From Phoronis australis (Eukaryota; Animalia; Phoronida): a stretch of 64,000 nucleotides of DNA. The notes below the pieces were generated by a model that was not told the origin of the DNA, searched no databases, and worked only from the letters and a program-made list of their open reading frames with translations. The position numbers were made by a program, and so were the translations under genes. Shown here piece after piece: positions 11,400-24,290 of this stretch. The stretch lies in contig NMRA01000637.1 in assembly GCA_002633005.1 (NCBI GenBank), positions 129,317 to 193,316 on the forward strand, given 5' to 3'. The stretch's first letter is position 1; each line of letters begins with the position of its first letter.

Positions 11400-12345
11400 A
11401 GAGGCGTGGTAGGTTGGTTGCAGACGTTTCGACCTGGTCCGCCAGGTCTTTATCAATGACCAACCTATTCTCCAGACACTGAGGGGTCACCACTTTCAAC
11501 CCTCCTTCTATACCCAGTCTCTGACTTTGGAGATTGTTGGCTCATCACAGTTGTACACATTGCACCTTTAGTTGCAAGTTTTTTGTAAAAATTTGCATTT
11601 TATTCTTGTCCATTGCACTACTCCAAAAATTCCTATAACGAAACTGAATCACCAACTTCGTTTTGACTGAAAACAGGATGCTTCTATTCGTTCTTCATTG
11701 CTTACACTTAAACTTACTTTTCAGCATATGCTCAGCTGTCTGCTGCTCTGGCCAGGTATTCGAACATGTAGTCTGGTGGTTGAGAATCTGGCCTCTTGCA
11801 CTCATGCACCCAGTTTCAGTCCGTAAGTACAATACTGCCAACAACCCCCTAATGTGGGTGACCAATATTAAGTTCTCCCCTATTGTAAGTGTTGTCTTGA
11901 AAGTGTGCCCCTGTTGACCCATTAAACTATTCCCTATCACTCGTTGTGTTTTGATGAAGTACAGTAAGCACTGAAGGGTAATATATCTGCCTTGTTTTTA
12001 ATATATCATTCTGGTTTCGTTTCAGTCCAGAGAACGCCCATTCTTGATAAGACATGTAATTTACGTCTTAGTACTCCAAAGAGGTTTATCTGTATCAGAT
12101 TGTCATGCACTCTGCTATACGTGGAGACAATTTGCTCTAGAAATGGTCAAAACCTGAAAAATTTCTTCTTCCTTAATCATGTCCTCAAATGTTGTCTTTG
12201 CTAGTCCAAAATTTCATTGTATTGCTGTGCCATTAGGCCTATGGGCCTGTGCTCGGAATAGCGCCTTTTGTGGCCTTTTTTACCTAAGTGGTTCGCATAT
12301 AAGCCCCGAGGTGTTGTCACCTGCAAAGGCCCATGACATACTTTG
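11400..12345 (-). mobile_element. Decayed Penelope-like retroelement 3' fragment
   Basis: Hammerhead at the 3' end; upstream minus-strand peptide LLYFIK..LMGQQGHTFKTTL resembles an eroded GIY-YIG motif (VY.I....YIGQTGR.FKTR). Confidence 0.55.
11410..11467 (-). ncRNA. Type I minimal hammerhead ribozyme (Penelope-associated type)
   Basis: Minus strand UAGGUUGGUCA-UUGAUAA-A-GACCUGG-CGGA-CCAGGUC-GAAAC-GUC-UGCAACCAACCUA: stem I, 7-bp stem II, GAAA, palindromic mini stem III, GUC cleavage triplet, U3-A8 variant of the core. Confidence 0.8.
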
Positions 12346-14270
12346 CGTAAAGGCACACCTGTTTAACTTTTTATATGAATCTCTTTTCATGAGCACAATG
12401 TTCTTTGAAAAAGTATAACTCAGGAACATTTCCATTAGACTTCTTGTGATGTTCGAATTGACTTTTACAAATGTTTTCAGTTTTTCAAGATAATGTTACA
12501 ACTGAATCCCAGTAGTTTGCATACAGACGTATATAAGCTCATGGTTATGTGCAAACGCCCATTGTGCAGCAAGACGGTATCCGATGAACAACATGACATT
12601 CAAATACCGAAGTCACCTTATTTAAAATCTGGTCAATCATGTTACAAGTGATAGGTCAGCTAGGGGATAGGCCTAATGTTAATCATAGTTTAGGGTGATG
12701 AACTTTTTTCTCCTTGTGATATCAGTGTGTCGGTTTTTTAGCAATGCAAAAACATTTTGAAAAGTTTATCAAAGCGTAAATTTTAGTTCAATTATACTCT
12801 TTGTGTTGTACTTGATTCATTTTATTTGAAATCCTTGTACAACACCATATCAAAATCAAGGCATCCTCCTTTTGGTGTTGTTTCAGCTACTGTTCTTCTT
12901 TAGAAAACAACAAATAATATTTTTGTCAGCCTTAATCAGCTGGATGCCTTGTATTCAATGGATATCTAGCAGTATTCAGAATATTTGAAATTACTTGTAA
13001 CATATTAACTATGTAAGAGTTGTATTTTATTATAAAAAATTAGGCCTAGCCAGGATCTGTAAAATAATAGACTATATAGGTTGTACCCCCACGTCCCTGT
13101 AAGTGTCGCAGTCAATGCTGCAGTCCCTATTTCTGCTATAAGATAACCATATAAAAATACATGCTTGTCCAATAGCGAAGAGTGGCAAGAAGTTCCAGGA
13201 TTTTATTTCCGTCTGTCCTGGCCCGTTGTGGTCATTCATTTAGACTGCATGTTTATAATCATAGTGTCTTACTGTGTATTGTAGCAAACTGCAACACAAA
13301 AATTATGCTCATCCAGATTCCACATTGATATAACGACTTCCATTTTCTTGTTGTACATTGACATGTAGATGTAATAGTGAAGACAGTGCATAGGTTCACT
13401 GTCCTGACATCTTTGAATGATCCACTTGATCGAGTCATGAAAATATGCCCACTTTGCCAATGTGACTGTAATGCTTCAGGTTGACCATAACAGGACAATT
13501 TATGTGGTTTGCTGCTTCAAAGTGAGAAAATACGCAAGATACTATGACGGGAACAGGGTGGGTCAAAACGACCGTAATGGGACAAGACGAGTCCCGTTAT
13601 GATCACCCTGGACTGTTATGGTCACCGTCTGAAATTGGATCGTTCTACACTGTATGACGTCAGAACATTTGCCAACCTTCACAGTTGATCAGCCATCTTT
13701 TGATCACTTGATATATGGTACAGTGAGATAAAAATATTTAAATAACAGGTCTACCAGTGAAATCTATATTGACTTTTCCGTCTGTTATAGTTGATTATAT
13801 TGAAAATTTACTTAAAGTGTCTTGCGGATAGCCAAAGATCGAGAAAAGAATTCAATCATAAAAGAGTGGTCAGAATTCAGTGTCCTCAGGGTTTCCTTTG
13901 ACATCACTTGAGCGGATGAAAAGATGCCTGCGTGTGACTTTCATTCTGCATAGGCCGAAGGAACTAAAATTCCTCCAAGACAAGTTTCCTGTATTAGGAA
14001 GGCTAGTGAGGTAGGTTTTTAAATAATATTGTATATTCATTAATTACAATAATGATCTGAAATTTTTGTTGTTTATTTGGTAGGACTTTGTTGAAGTAAA
14101 AAGTACCATTTTTAATTGCTTCAGGGATTTCCTACGGCTTCGAGCTTATGGCTCTACACGAAAGCCCCTGGCCAACAACGCCTTCACCCTTCTGTGGACA
14201 AGGTGGCCAGTAGGTAAGGAGATGGTCAGAATTATTGAAAACGTGTAGGCCTAAAACAGGAATCTAGAAA

Positions 14271-14271
14271 N
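14271..14271. other. Single-n assembly gap/ambiguity at the junction of block A and TRIM unit 2
   Basis: n at 14271. The left side matches block B up to ~53616; the right side (TTGCAAATACCCTCAAC) matches position 3394. Confidence 0.9.
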
Positions 14272-16044
14272 TTGCAAATACCCTCAACATTTGCAAGAGA
14301 CGAGTCAACTGCTTTTTGGAAACGTGTTATTTGTCAATTACAATTTGAGGTAGGAAACTCACCCGAAATGAACTTAGAAGACTACGAAATTTTATCGAAA
14401 TACTGAGGACTGCTCCCCTTTGCCTGCACATTTACACGGACAAACGATGATTACTACAGCATAGTATACTGGCACAGGTATATCCAATTTCTAGGTTTTT
14501 CACATAACATGCCCACTCTTTGAACAACACTTCGTGGTTTCAGAACGAAAAATCTTTCATTGTAGTCCTTATTTGGCCCATCGAAAATGATCAAGTTCGT
14601 GTATACATAGTCAGGGCACATAAAGCAGGTGATGTTTACTGTCAACCTGTGTGTTTCAGTCAACTTTGGAAAACTATCCGTTCCCTCAACTGGCATATTG
14701 ACTACTCCGAGTTGCGACATTTTACTAGTTATATAATATAATGCACCTGTTCTATTCGCGTCAAGGGATTTGTGTTCAGTTGATGTCAAACGACTGGACA
14801 TTATGCGGCGTGTTATCTCAAACATAGCGTTGATTTTCATAATCACCATAGTCACGGTATTTTCAGTGGCTGATGCCTTTGAAGTGCTGACATCAACGTA
14901 ATTAACCATGCCATTTCCTTTTTGTTCACTTACTCTAGTTTAGAACAATCCTATCAAGTGAAAAACACCCCTAAAATAGAAAGTTTTCCAAATTACAAAA
15001 CTAGATTTCTCTGTTAATTATTTTCACGGATTTTGTTACATCACTGTTTCTGAAAGCATCACCAGTGAAGTTCAAGGTGATCATCTGCAGAGTATATTTT
15101 GATAATGCATTAAATTAAATAAAATGATTCTTTAATAATCACGCCATGTTCAAAGAAATTACTTGAGAATAAGATGTGACTGAATTCGCTCGAGTAAAAG
15201 TTAAGTTTATGGAGATTTTACATGAAATGAAGAAAATTTTCTTTAAATATTACGAAAACGTCCGACTCGCTATTTAATCTGTGTTTAGGTACTAAAATGA
15301 CATTCTTTACAAAGCAATACCATCATCGAAGTGTTGTTCTTTATAACTGAATTCAAATTGAAAGACGCTCGTTTTTTTGGCGGCTGAACTCAACTCAGTC
15401 CCCGTGATATCCAAACTTCGTGAGCGTGTTGTCAAGCAATAACGAATTACCAGTTGTTTATAAGTTTATAAATGATTTCTATTCTGAGAAACGAATTAAG
15501 TGACTTAAATACTGTTTGAGAGAAGTGCATGCTTGTTGCCTATTCGAAAACAAATTCAAAACCTTGCATGCATTTGCACGGCACTATTAGGTAAGAGTGC
15601 AGTTTAAAACAACTATTTCCAGTAACTGTCATGGACGTTTTAGTAATGCGTTTCCAAAGACCAATATATTTAAGCCGCCGGAACGACATTTACGCACCAA
15701 AACAAGTCAAATAAGGACGTGTAACAAACCAATTGCATTGATTGTATTAAGTGATCGAGTTACAAACACAAACACAAACCATATGTATCAATAATCAAAG
15801 GTCAAACCTAATTATCACAAATAAAAGCGCTTCTTTCACACAATATGTATACAGTAACGGTTTATACAATACGCTCAGCTGAGATCCAACATAGACTAAA
15901 CACATAAAAATAGGCGCACACATAAAAGTCAGACGACATTTTGAGATATCTGACATAACTGGTAATAACATAAGCATAGCTATGATACGTAATTAAATGT
16001 ACGCACATGATGTAATTACACGCGCTACTCTGTTCTGTATAACA

Positions 16045-18002
16045 TTATTCTTCCAAGTACTGAAATGTCTTCACCACACCTGTACCCCACTCCACTACAG
16101 ACACCTGACCCGGGGCCGGGAGACATAAACCAGTTGGATCATGGACACCACCAGGGGGCACGATCACGTGTGCACGTGCGTTGTTGTATAAAATCACCTG
16201 ATTATTGGGACAGTCTGCCACCAGAATGTGACCGTGTGAGTCTACACACACACCGTGCGGCCTGTTACTCAGTTGATCGGTCAGTGTGGATATAACGGCC
16301 GGCCGCGTGTGGTCAATCACTGGACACGACCGGGGTACCACTCACTGACCACCAACTGACCACAGTTATCCATGCACACATAGCGTGGTGTGAACTCATC
16401 CAGTCCCAGGGAGGGGCCGTCCAACTGGTGGTGAATATTACAGTCATAATCTGTAATAATCACCCGCCCCCCACCTGCATCACACACAAACAGCCTGTCG
16501 CCGTGACATGTAACATAAGCCTCACCTTTATGCACATCACGACACATCTTCACCACCTCACCGCGGGCATTGTACCTAACAACACCCTTAATGCCGCGGT
16601 TGGTGATGAAGATGTCTCCATCATCGCTACATGTCACATCGAGAGGCATCTGCAGTTTGTGACGAGTTTGTTGTAACTCAAACTTTAGTTTAAACGCGTG
16701 TTTATCAAACACTCTCACTGTTTTGTTCTTCCAGTCTGTTACAACAAACCCCGCATCACAAACTGCCAGTCCACAACACCCACACCCCCTCTCCCCCTCA
16801 CCCCGGCTGGTAAAACTACCCACACTACCCGCAGGTTCTTTAACAGTCAGTGGTGGAGTGACAGGCTGAACGAGTGATTTGGATGAAAGTTGTGAGAATT
16901 TTGTAGTGGTTTCTTGTGATTCTACAGTAAACCCTACGTCAACATACGAGTCAACTACTAACAATTCAGACGGTGTAAAACCGAACACTGGCTTTTCAAC
17001 GCCATGTTGTAACTGATTCACATCTAATGATGCGAGGGTGTCCGCCATGGTGGTGAACTGTTGAGTTGTTTCTGAAGGATGTGAACTTTCAATGAGTTGC
17101 TTAGCGTATCTCAATGTACTCATCAGAGACTGTCGACTTTGTTCAGCCGCCTCGTAAGCGGCTTGAGTTTGTTTTTGGGCCAAGAGGAACTGTTCGTTAA
17201 GTTTAGTGATCGCTTCACCTTTCTTTATTTCAACCCTGTCCTTGAAGTCATCATAAATCTTGCAGAGTTCGTCAAGCTTTTGAGCTAACATTTCTTGAGT
17301 TAGCTCTTCGCGAACATTTCTGCGAGCGTCTGCCACAATTTGTGCATGATCGACTGCGTCTACCCAGGGCTCAATCAAACCTTGGAGCACCTCGACTGCT
17401 TCCTTTGCCGCCTCGTCAAGGTTTTTCATTTTGTGTTGATCGTGGTCTAGTTTTGTACACAGCATACATACGGGTATCTTGCACTTTTCACAATAAATTT
17501 CCAGCAACTTGTCCGTGTGTTTTAAACAATACGTCTTCTGACATCGACGCATTGTTTCAAAATGAACGCCAGCAGCGACTTCATCCAAACTGACCACTTT
17601 GTGGGTTAAAGTGAGTCCAGTCTGACAGTGAACGGCGGCACACTGTTCACACAGGTGATGAGCGCACTGTAGACACATGGACTCTGCTTCGACTGTGGAT
17701 CCGTTGTGATGACACACAAAACAGAAGACATTGCCTGTTTTGGGAACGCAGTCATTCATGTGATACAGGAAATGGTTGAAAGGGAAACCAGCAGCGCCAT
17801 CTTTAGGAATGTTTATAACTCTCTTGCATCTGGGACATGAGAACTCGCCATTTTTTCCTCGTTTGTCCATAAACGTCTGAATACATCCCTCACAAAATGT
17901 ATGTACACACGGTAGCAGGCGGGGAGTCTTCTGGCGCTCCAAACAAATGGGGCATTCGAGCATGCGCCTCATTTCCTCTGCGTCTTTGGAGCTGATGGCC
18001 AT
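16045..18002 (-). pseudogene. TRIM-NHL copy 2 with a 1-bp frameshift in the NHL domain (pseudogene, truncated product or assembly error)
   Basis: Paralog of 5120-7078. One base is missing between 16320 and 16321 (CAT GTG -> CAG TGA), splitting the gene into ORFs 16317-18047 and 16045-16341; total length 1958 vs 1959 nt. Confidence 0.85.
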
Positions 18003-18364
18003 ATCTGGTGGAGTGGAGCATAACTGAAAAGAACGATGAGAGTGCACTTAGTTAAAAAATCGATGTTCTTATTTTCCTTTCAGTATGAGGGTAAGGTTAA
18101 CGACAAAAATACGTAGAGGGCATCACATTGCTTTTCAAAACTTGGGCTTTGTATGCTTTTGAAAATGTTGATAATTAGACAAAACAAAACACGTAAACGT
18201 TATTGTAGCTTCTATCAGATCGTGACTGAACTCACGACAAAGCAAAGTTGCTGTCGTTGGCCTAAGAGGTTTAGGGCTAGTGGCAAATACTGAGATAAGT
18301 TAAATATTTGGTATCATATTCTGATAAGCAAAATATTGATTCACCTATAAAAACTGACTTCTAA

Positions 18365-18820
18365 ACTAAATTCCAACAACATCGTATCAGTAGCTCTACT
18401 CACGCGCACGTTATTCCTCTCTCACGGACGCATAACTATTTCAACTTCCAACAACTGTACAACCTACACATGAACTCTGCTCTCGCACAGTATTCCTAAC
18501 ACCCGAAAGCTATTCAATATAACCCGCACACGCTCCCCAAGTGCCATGTGACTTATTACATAGTGAACATGTAATGAGTTACCCAGCACACGAACAAAGC
18601 GTTTTACACATAAAAATAAGAAATTTCAACATCATGTCAAGAACCTCCTATGTACTCTTCTCACGCACATACTATTAGCCTCTCACAAATGAACATTCCA
18701 AAATCCCCCACCTTTCATCGCGTACCACAGACTGTAGCCTTACTTGCACTCTGACCAACCCTGCTCCCGCACAGTATTCTTAACACAGGGTAACTATTCA
18801 ACAAAACCCCTGAAGCTCCC
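18365..18820. repeat. Degenerate ~250-280 bp direct repeat, G-poor on the + strand, in the 5' intron of copy 2
   Basis: CTGCTCTCGCACAGTATTCCTAACAC..CTATTCAA (~18477) recurs as CTGCTCCCGCACAGTATTCTTAACAC..CTATTCAA (~18761); CTCTACTCACGCGCAC and CTCTTCTCACGCACA also pair. Confidence 0.5.
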
Positions 18821-19947
18821 AGTCCACTTTGCCTACTCAGATATACATGTACAATCTATACTCTCAAAGATCCAGTGTGAATATTCTCTGGTTGTGAGCA
18901 CATTCACACAACTTCTCAATTATTCGTTATGAACAGAATCACTACACAATAACTGCCTGAAAACACACCAAAAACAAATCTTAATGCATTGATGTTTATT
19001 TGAGAGTGTTTAAACCCTCCAATCATTAGAAAAAAAGTGATCGAAGCGAAATAGCGTCATGAAATTTCTCTCAAAGCTATCCCATAATCAAATTTGAGGT
19101 TATCTGAGGGCTTGGAAGGAATTGACTGTTCGATATTGCAGTAAACGACTGCTTCTAAAAGTTGACCAGTGAGATTATTTTGTGCTCCGAGCATTGTCTC
19201 AAGGAATAACGAAGAGTCTGTTGTTTGAAGCCCAGAAATCACTTCACGTCCCTCTAGGAACATGTTATGATCGTTTTTGCAGTAATGATCTGAATAAAAA
19301 CCGCTCATTCAATTCGATGGAATGCCCGTTCATACATCTAAACGCTGCATCAGGTTATCAAAAATGACATTGAGGAGTTGCGATAAATCCTTGTTTCTGA
19401 AAGCCTTTTTTTCCAAGACTGCGAAATTGAATAAATATTTTGATTGTTAAAAGAAAATGCTTGGCCGTGTACCAGCTGGACACAGAATTTTCTGCAATTT
19501 CATTTGACTGAAGCAGAACTGAATTTTGCGTAGGGACTGCAATACCCAGAAACGGCTGACAACGGGTTAGAAATACATGAACAATCCCGGTTTAATTTTG
19601 TAGGATCGTTGAGTGCAAATAAACAAGCTAACTGTCATTTTCACAAAGCGATCTTCATAAGAACCACAAAACGGAAGAAGATTATAACAGAACATTAGTA
19701 GCTTTTTGTTTCCAAAAACACCCATGGCTGAAAATGCTTTTGAACTCACTTTGCGCTCAACTAATTTTCGCATTGCGATAAAAATTATCTATCTTGGATA
19801 TGGGGGGACAGTCCATGCATCGAAAAAACAAAGCAAGTTTTAACCATATCGAAACCGATACCATGCAGGAAATGATGAGTCATTCGTTGGGGACTGACTT
19901 AATCATCGGGACTGTCAACATGTATTACACATAGTGTACCTAGTTAT

Positions 19948-20545
19948 CGGACGGACCCTAAATATCGAACATTTCATAAAATCTTACTTGAAACATAATT
20001 TGAGAATTAAATGACACCAATTTTTGTTCCGCTGTAATGCATTCAATGTCCGGCACCCTCTCGTTTTTTACAGCGTTGCCTCGTTTTGATTTCACCGAGA
20101 GTGGGTGCAATTTAGACCCCCAAGTCGGCCTAAAATGGACGATCGCAATAATCAGTTATAAAAGTTGAAAACAAAATATTTTACCACAATGAAATCATCC
20201 CATTGAACTGACAATATGTCACCGTTTCATTTCCCATTTGTTCCAAACTAAACCCCGGCCGCGCACGTGCGGGTAACGTATCAAGAATGAAGGCAATGAG
20301 ATACTAAAAACTGCAGTGAGTTTGCACGTGCTTCCGTCGTCTGCACTGATTCATCGAAACGACTTGTCATCAGATTTCATTTTATGGATAATTTTGTTGC
20401 GAATAGAGCTGTGTTCTAGCAGCATATAAGTCAAAACAGTCGAGCTGAAATTTGGCTACAAGGAGCCCGCGGCCATTATTTGGTTAGTCAGTTTTCCGCG
20501 GTGTGGCGTATGGGGAAACATGGTGTCCGATATTTAGGTTCTCCG
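19948..20545. mobile_element. ~600 bp MITE with imperfect TIRs
   Basis: CGGACGGACCCTAAATATCGAACA ... TGTCCGATATTTAGGTTCTCCG; absent from the homologous promoter region in blocks A and B. Confidence 0.55.
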
Positions 20546-21805
20546 AAGGTTTGCTAGTTGTGTTTTGTAAAGATCAGTCAGAACATAAATGTGGCTTTCG
20601 GTGACAAGATATAGTAACAGAACAATTCCGTAAAGGCAAGTCTTTATTTCAGCAAAGAATTTACAACAATCCGTAGTATTTTCAATGAAATATAATGCAA
20701 AATGTGCCAAAACGTCCGATAATTAGGTCACGTGACTGTGCAGGATGTGGAAACGAGTCTGTGACCGTGCATCTAAATTCCAACAAGACCCTCTACGTTA
20801 AATTCCAGCCGGACGACTGGAGTTTGGACACCTATACCCTATGTACATGTAGTTTGACCGCGGGCTTGGTATTTGATAACTCAGGGGCGTGTGATTGGGG
20901 GATCGAAGCTGGAATTTAGCAGAAAATTCATGGAATTGTTTCCACTCCCTGTATGACTGAAGAATCTTGCATGAAGCTTGAAAATAACCCCGTTACGACT
21001 GTTTTTGAACATTGCACATCACAACCTACGTAACCATTCAGTTGTATATATTGTGGAAATCCAACATACGCTCTAAGGGTGCAAACGTTTTGCCAAGTTC
21101 ACCAAAATCAAAAAGAACAAAACAAAACAAAAATGTTGAATTGCCGAGTAATACTTTTATAAGCAAAACTAGCAGATTCAGATCACAGTTCACGAAAAGA
21201 AGCAATTACCGGAGGAGAGATTTCAAGGATTATTTTAGCGTCAATCGAACATTCTTAGGCTTTCCCTACATTGAGCGAACGATACAGACGGCCTAGACAA
21301 TAAAATGAGTTTGCAATGCCCTCCTAAGTCAATAACTGACATTGCTTGCATGGTGACGAAAATTTGTGAGGCTAACGATAAAATGGTTTACAAAACGGAT
21401 TCACAAACCTGTGAATAGACAAATTTGCTGTAGCCTTGGAAAACACGTCTGCTGCAAAGCTGATTCGGTTCTTCGTCTGAAACAGCAACATCCAGCGTTT
21501 CTTTAGCTAACCAATCAGTAAAACCGCTTTGAGTCACGTGATAAATAGTCGTTTTGCGTTCACGACAAGGGAGTGACCGGTTTTCCCGCGTTTTTATTAC
21601 TATGAATCTGCCGGGGGCGCAGACGAAGAGCTACGGGCTTCAAGTTCAAATTAGCTGAGTTCATAAGTCTGACGCATTAATTCAATACATGCAATAGGTA
21701 AATTTCACCCAAAGACTGTAGCCTAGCTAGCTGCTACTCGCCTGCGCTCTCTCGCAAGACCAGTGTAAAAGGAGACCCACGGGACTCGTATGGAAATAAG
21801 CTCAT

Positions 21806-21846
21806 CTCATCAGGGTTCCCTCATCAGGGTTCCCTCATCAGGGTTC
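21806..21846. repeat. 14-bp tandem repeat x3 (CTCATCAGGGTTCC)
   Basis: Directly visible; third copy lacks its final base. Confidence 0.9.
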
Positions 21847-22864
21847 ATTTACAGGTCAATTGTACTACAAAGCCTCAAACTATGGATCATTTTTGAAAAG
21901 CTGTAGGTCATTTACGTCTACCGTTGATGCACTTGGGGGATTTTCTTGTATTATTTGCGTGTTTTAATTTTGCTTACTGCTGATGATATACCATATAATA
22001 GATTTTTTTTTCTTCATTTCATTTCTTTCTTATCAAAACTCGTGCCTGGACTTAACGTCTCCGGATAAGAGTAGGCAAATACAAAGCACTCGATATAGTG
22101 ATAAAAGAGAAATAAATTGTTACCAGTCGCTTGTTTTTAAAGATTGCGAGTGAATTTTGTACCGAGAAAACTCGGTTATCTGATAAGGTCTACGTCATAT
22201 GACGGCTGGTATCATTATGTTTCTATCGCAGGACTGCATGGCTGAGGTTGCATTTTTATGTGGATTTCATAAGCTTTCCTAACAAACTGCACCTCGAGTT
22301 GAAGTTGGCAACAATGGGTTAAGTGATAAATTCTGCGTCCAGTGGTGACGTGTCATCTGATAGCAACCGGATTGATACGCCAAGTTTGTCAGGTGACACT
22401 AACAAACTATCAAGATTAACCGTGGGATTGCGTCTAATAATTCAAAAGCCACGGGAACTGAAGTGCGAGTGAGTAGTCTGATCTCCCGGGCTCAAGTTAG
22501 TGGTTGTAATACGAAGACACGGCCATGATACATTTCAACCCTTTCAACACTAGCGCCACCTAGAGCTGTGTAAAATGTTTTCTTAAAGCTGTCGCAAACC
22601 TGCCTTCCGTCACAGGATATTTTTTATTCAAACCACTTACCGTTATGAGATCGACACAAGATCGTTCCTTTGTCAGGTTGAAAGTGATTTCAGTGGTTTA
22701 AAATAACTGACAAATAGGTATTACTCCTCAAAAGCATTCAAAATTTCCCTGGCCCTGGGCTTGTCGTTTATTGATTAAACTGCCCTACACGGGTAAGTAC
22801 TGTTCAAATATGTAGTGCAACATGCCAAGACATTGCGTTGTAGATCTTCAGTACAGTGTTCCTA

Positions 22865-22935
22865 AACCAACCAGGAATCGAACATGCAACCCCGTCAGAC
22901 GCAGTCCATTGTCTTCACAACTCGACCAACGAATG
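22865..22935 (-). mobile_element. tRNA-derived SINE head (decayed)
   Basis: Minus strand TTGGTCGAGTTG (A-box-like) ... GTTCGATTCCTGG (B box). Confidence 0.45.
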
Positions 22936-23556
22936 TCCGTAAATGAATTAAAGCACCTTTCCTCCCTTGAGGCAACAAATTTCTCGTTGGGACAATTTTG
23001 TACTCTACTTTTACACTGTTTGATACCAACGTGCTTTCCAGGTCAGTGAGCACTTTGCCTCGCCTTGTGCTGGTAACATTGACGTACTACTCATCTCGTA
23101 GCTTTCCGTCTACGCTCGTCCTAACCCGGCGAGCCAATAGAAATCTATTATTGCATCAGCTGACTACAACAAATCTCGTTGGCTCATTGTAACCGCATGC
23201 ACTACCATAAGCAGTATGAAAAAAATAAATCACAACTGCTGGAATTTGCTATGAGTTAAATTTCCCGACATTACGTAGCCGCTTAGCAACTTTGTCTGTT
23301 AGCCATTTTGTCATTATTATATATTTTATTTTCGTTTTAATTGTTCATTTTCCATAACAATTTTTGTCTGTTGCTTGCTCATCTCCTGTTTACTTATTTT
23401 CGACAACATATCTTACTGTTCCATTTTTCATTATACTTTAGATTCCGTTACACTTTCTTTTGTTTTCTAAGTATTGATTTATTCTTGCCACGACACAAGG
23501 TGAGGCAACACCTGACCACTGTTCCAGCCATCGGCAATCGTACTTTCCCTTTGGTA

Positions 23557-23835
23557 TGTCACCCGCAGTTAGGGTTGGATATCCGGTTGACAGCGTTTTT
23601 AAGTAGTCCTGCACTTTTTTCAATTCCTTCTTCTCATTTCGTGCGCCCCTGCGCATGGGCACGAGCAGTCTTACAACATTTCTTGTGGCACTTTTTATTG
23701 CCCATCTTACAAGAGATTATCATTTTTTGTTTCACTTAATCTTATTCATTATTTTGTAATTGTCTTAGTTATAATAAATGACCTTTTATCACCTACCTCG
23801 GCTTCATTTTCACCTCTGGTAACGAGCTTGTGACG
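23557..23835 (+). mobile_element. Possible solo-LTR or DIRS/Ngaro terminal-repeat remnant
   Basis: TGTCAC...GTGAC ends with AATAAA near the 3' end; no TSD seen. Confidence 0.25.
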
Positions 23836-24290
23836 CATGTATCATTAATAAATTGGAGAGGTTTCCCTATGCAACGTGAACGTGAATTATGACTCATCCT
23901 TAATTGCGCACGCAGATTCACGTTACATTAAAACATGGGTTTCGCAACAGCTAAATTTTTACGTGAATGTGAAAGTAAACGTGAAACTGAATAACTGAGC
24001 TCAGGATGTCCAGTTATCGCAGTACATATCCGCTACAGATATGAAGATACAAAATATGTGTTGAATGTGAAAAAATTCGTTTCTGCGAACTCTTCTGAAA
24101 ATGGATCAACACTTAAAACGCAAAATTTATTTGCACTTTCAAATAAACAGATGCATGTAAAATGAGCATGTAAAATCTTTGACAACACGAAAATCATATC
24201 TATTAAATATGTTTTCTAGTTCGATGAGATCCATTGAGTCCTGGTAGAATAAGGATTTTGGAAAAAATACTTTCTTGCAACTAACTTTAA

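Larger units (their letters stand above)
451..14270 (+). repeat. Segmental duplication block A (direct copy of ~40640-53616)
   Basis: Colinear similarity of roughly 90-95% (by eye) from CACATGTCTAAGAATGTGATTCGG to GTAGGCCTAAAACAGGAATCT. Many short ORFs occur in pairs, e.g. 1455/41889, 3849/44227, 8203/48573, 9215/49597. Confidence 0.95.
14272..21650 (+). repeat. Older diverged duplication unit carrying TRIM copy 2 (homologous to ~3394-9320, with insertions)
   Basis: Patchy colinear similarity to block A in the 3' flank (14272-16044) and 5' flank (19570-21650), much lower than within the CDS. Confidence 0.85.

Noticed and set aside
16045-18002. Patchwork sharing of residues of copy 2 with copy 1 or copy 3 as proof of mosaic recombination
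   Set aside because: With only three sequences this pattern fits an ordinary tree; more paralogs are needed.
18003-18047. N-terminal extension MHSHRSFQLCSTPPD of copy 2
   Set aside because: GTG start, reads through a polypyrimidine/AG acceptor; the paralogs start at MAISS.
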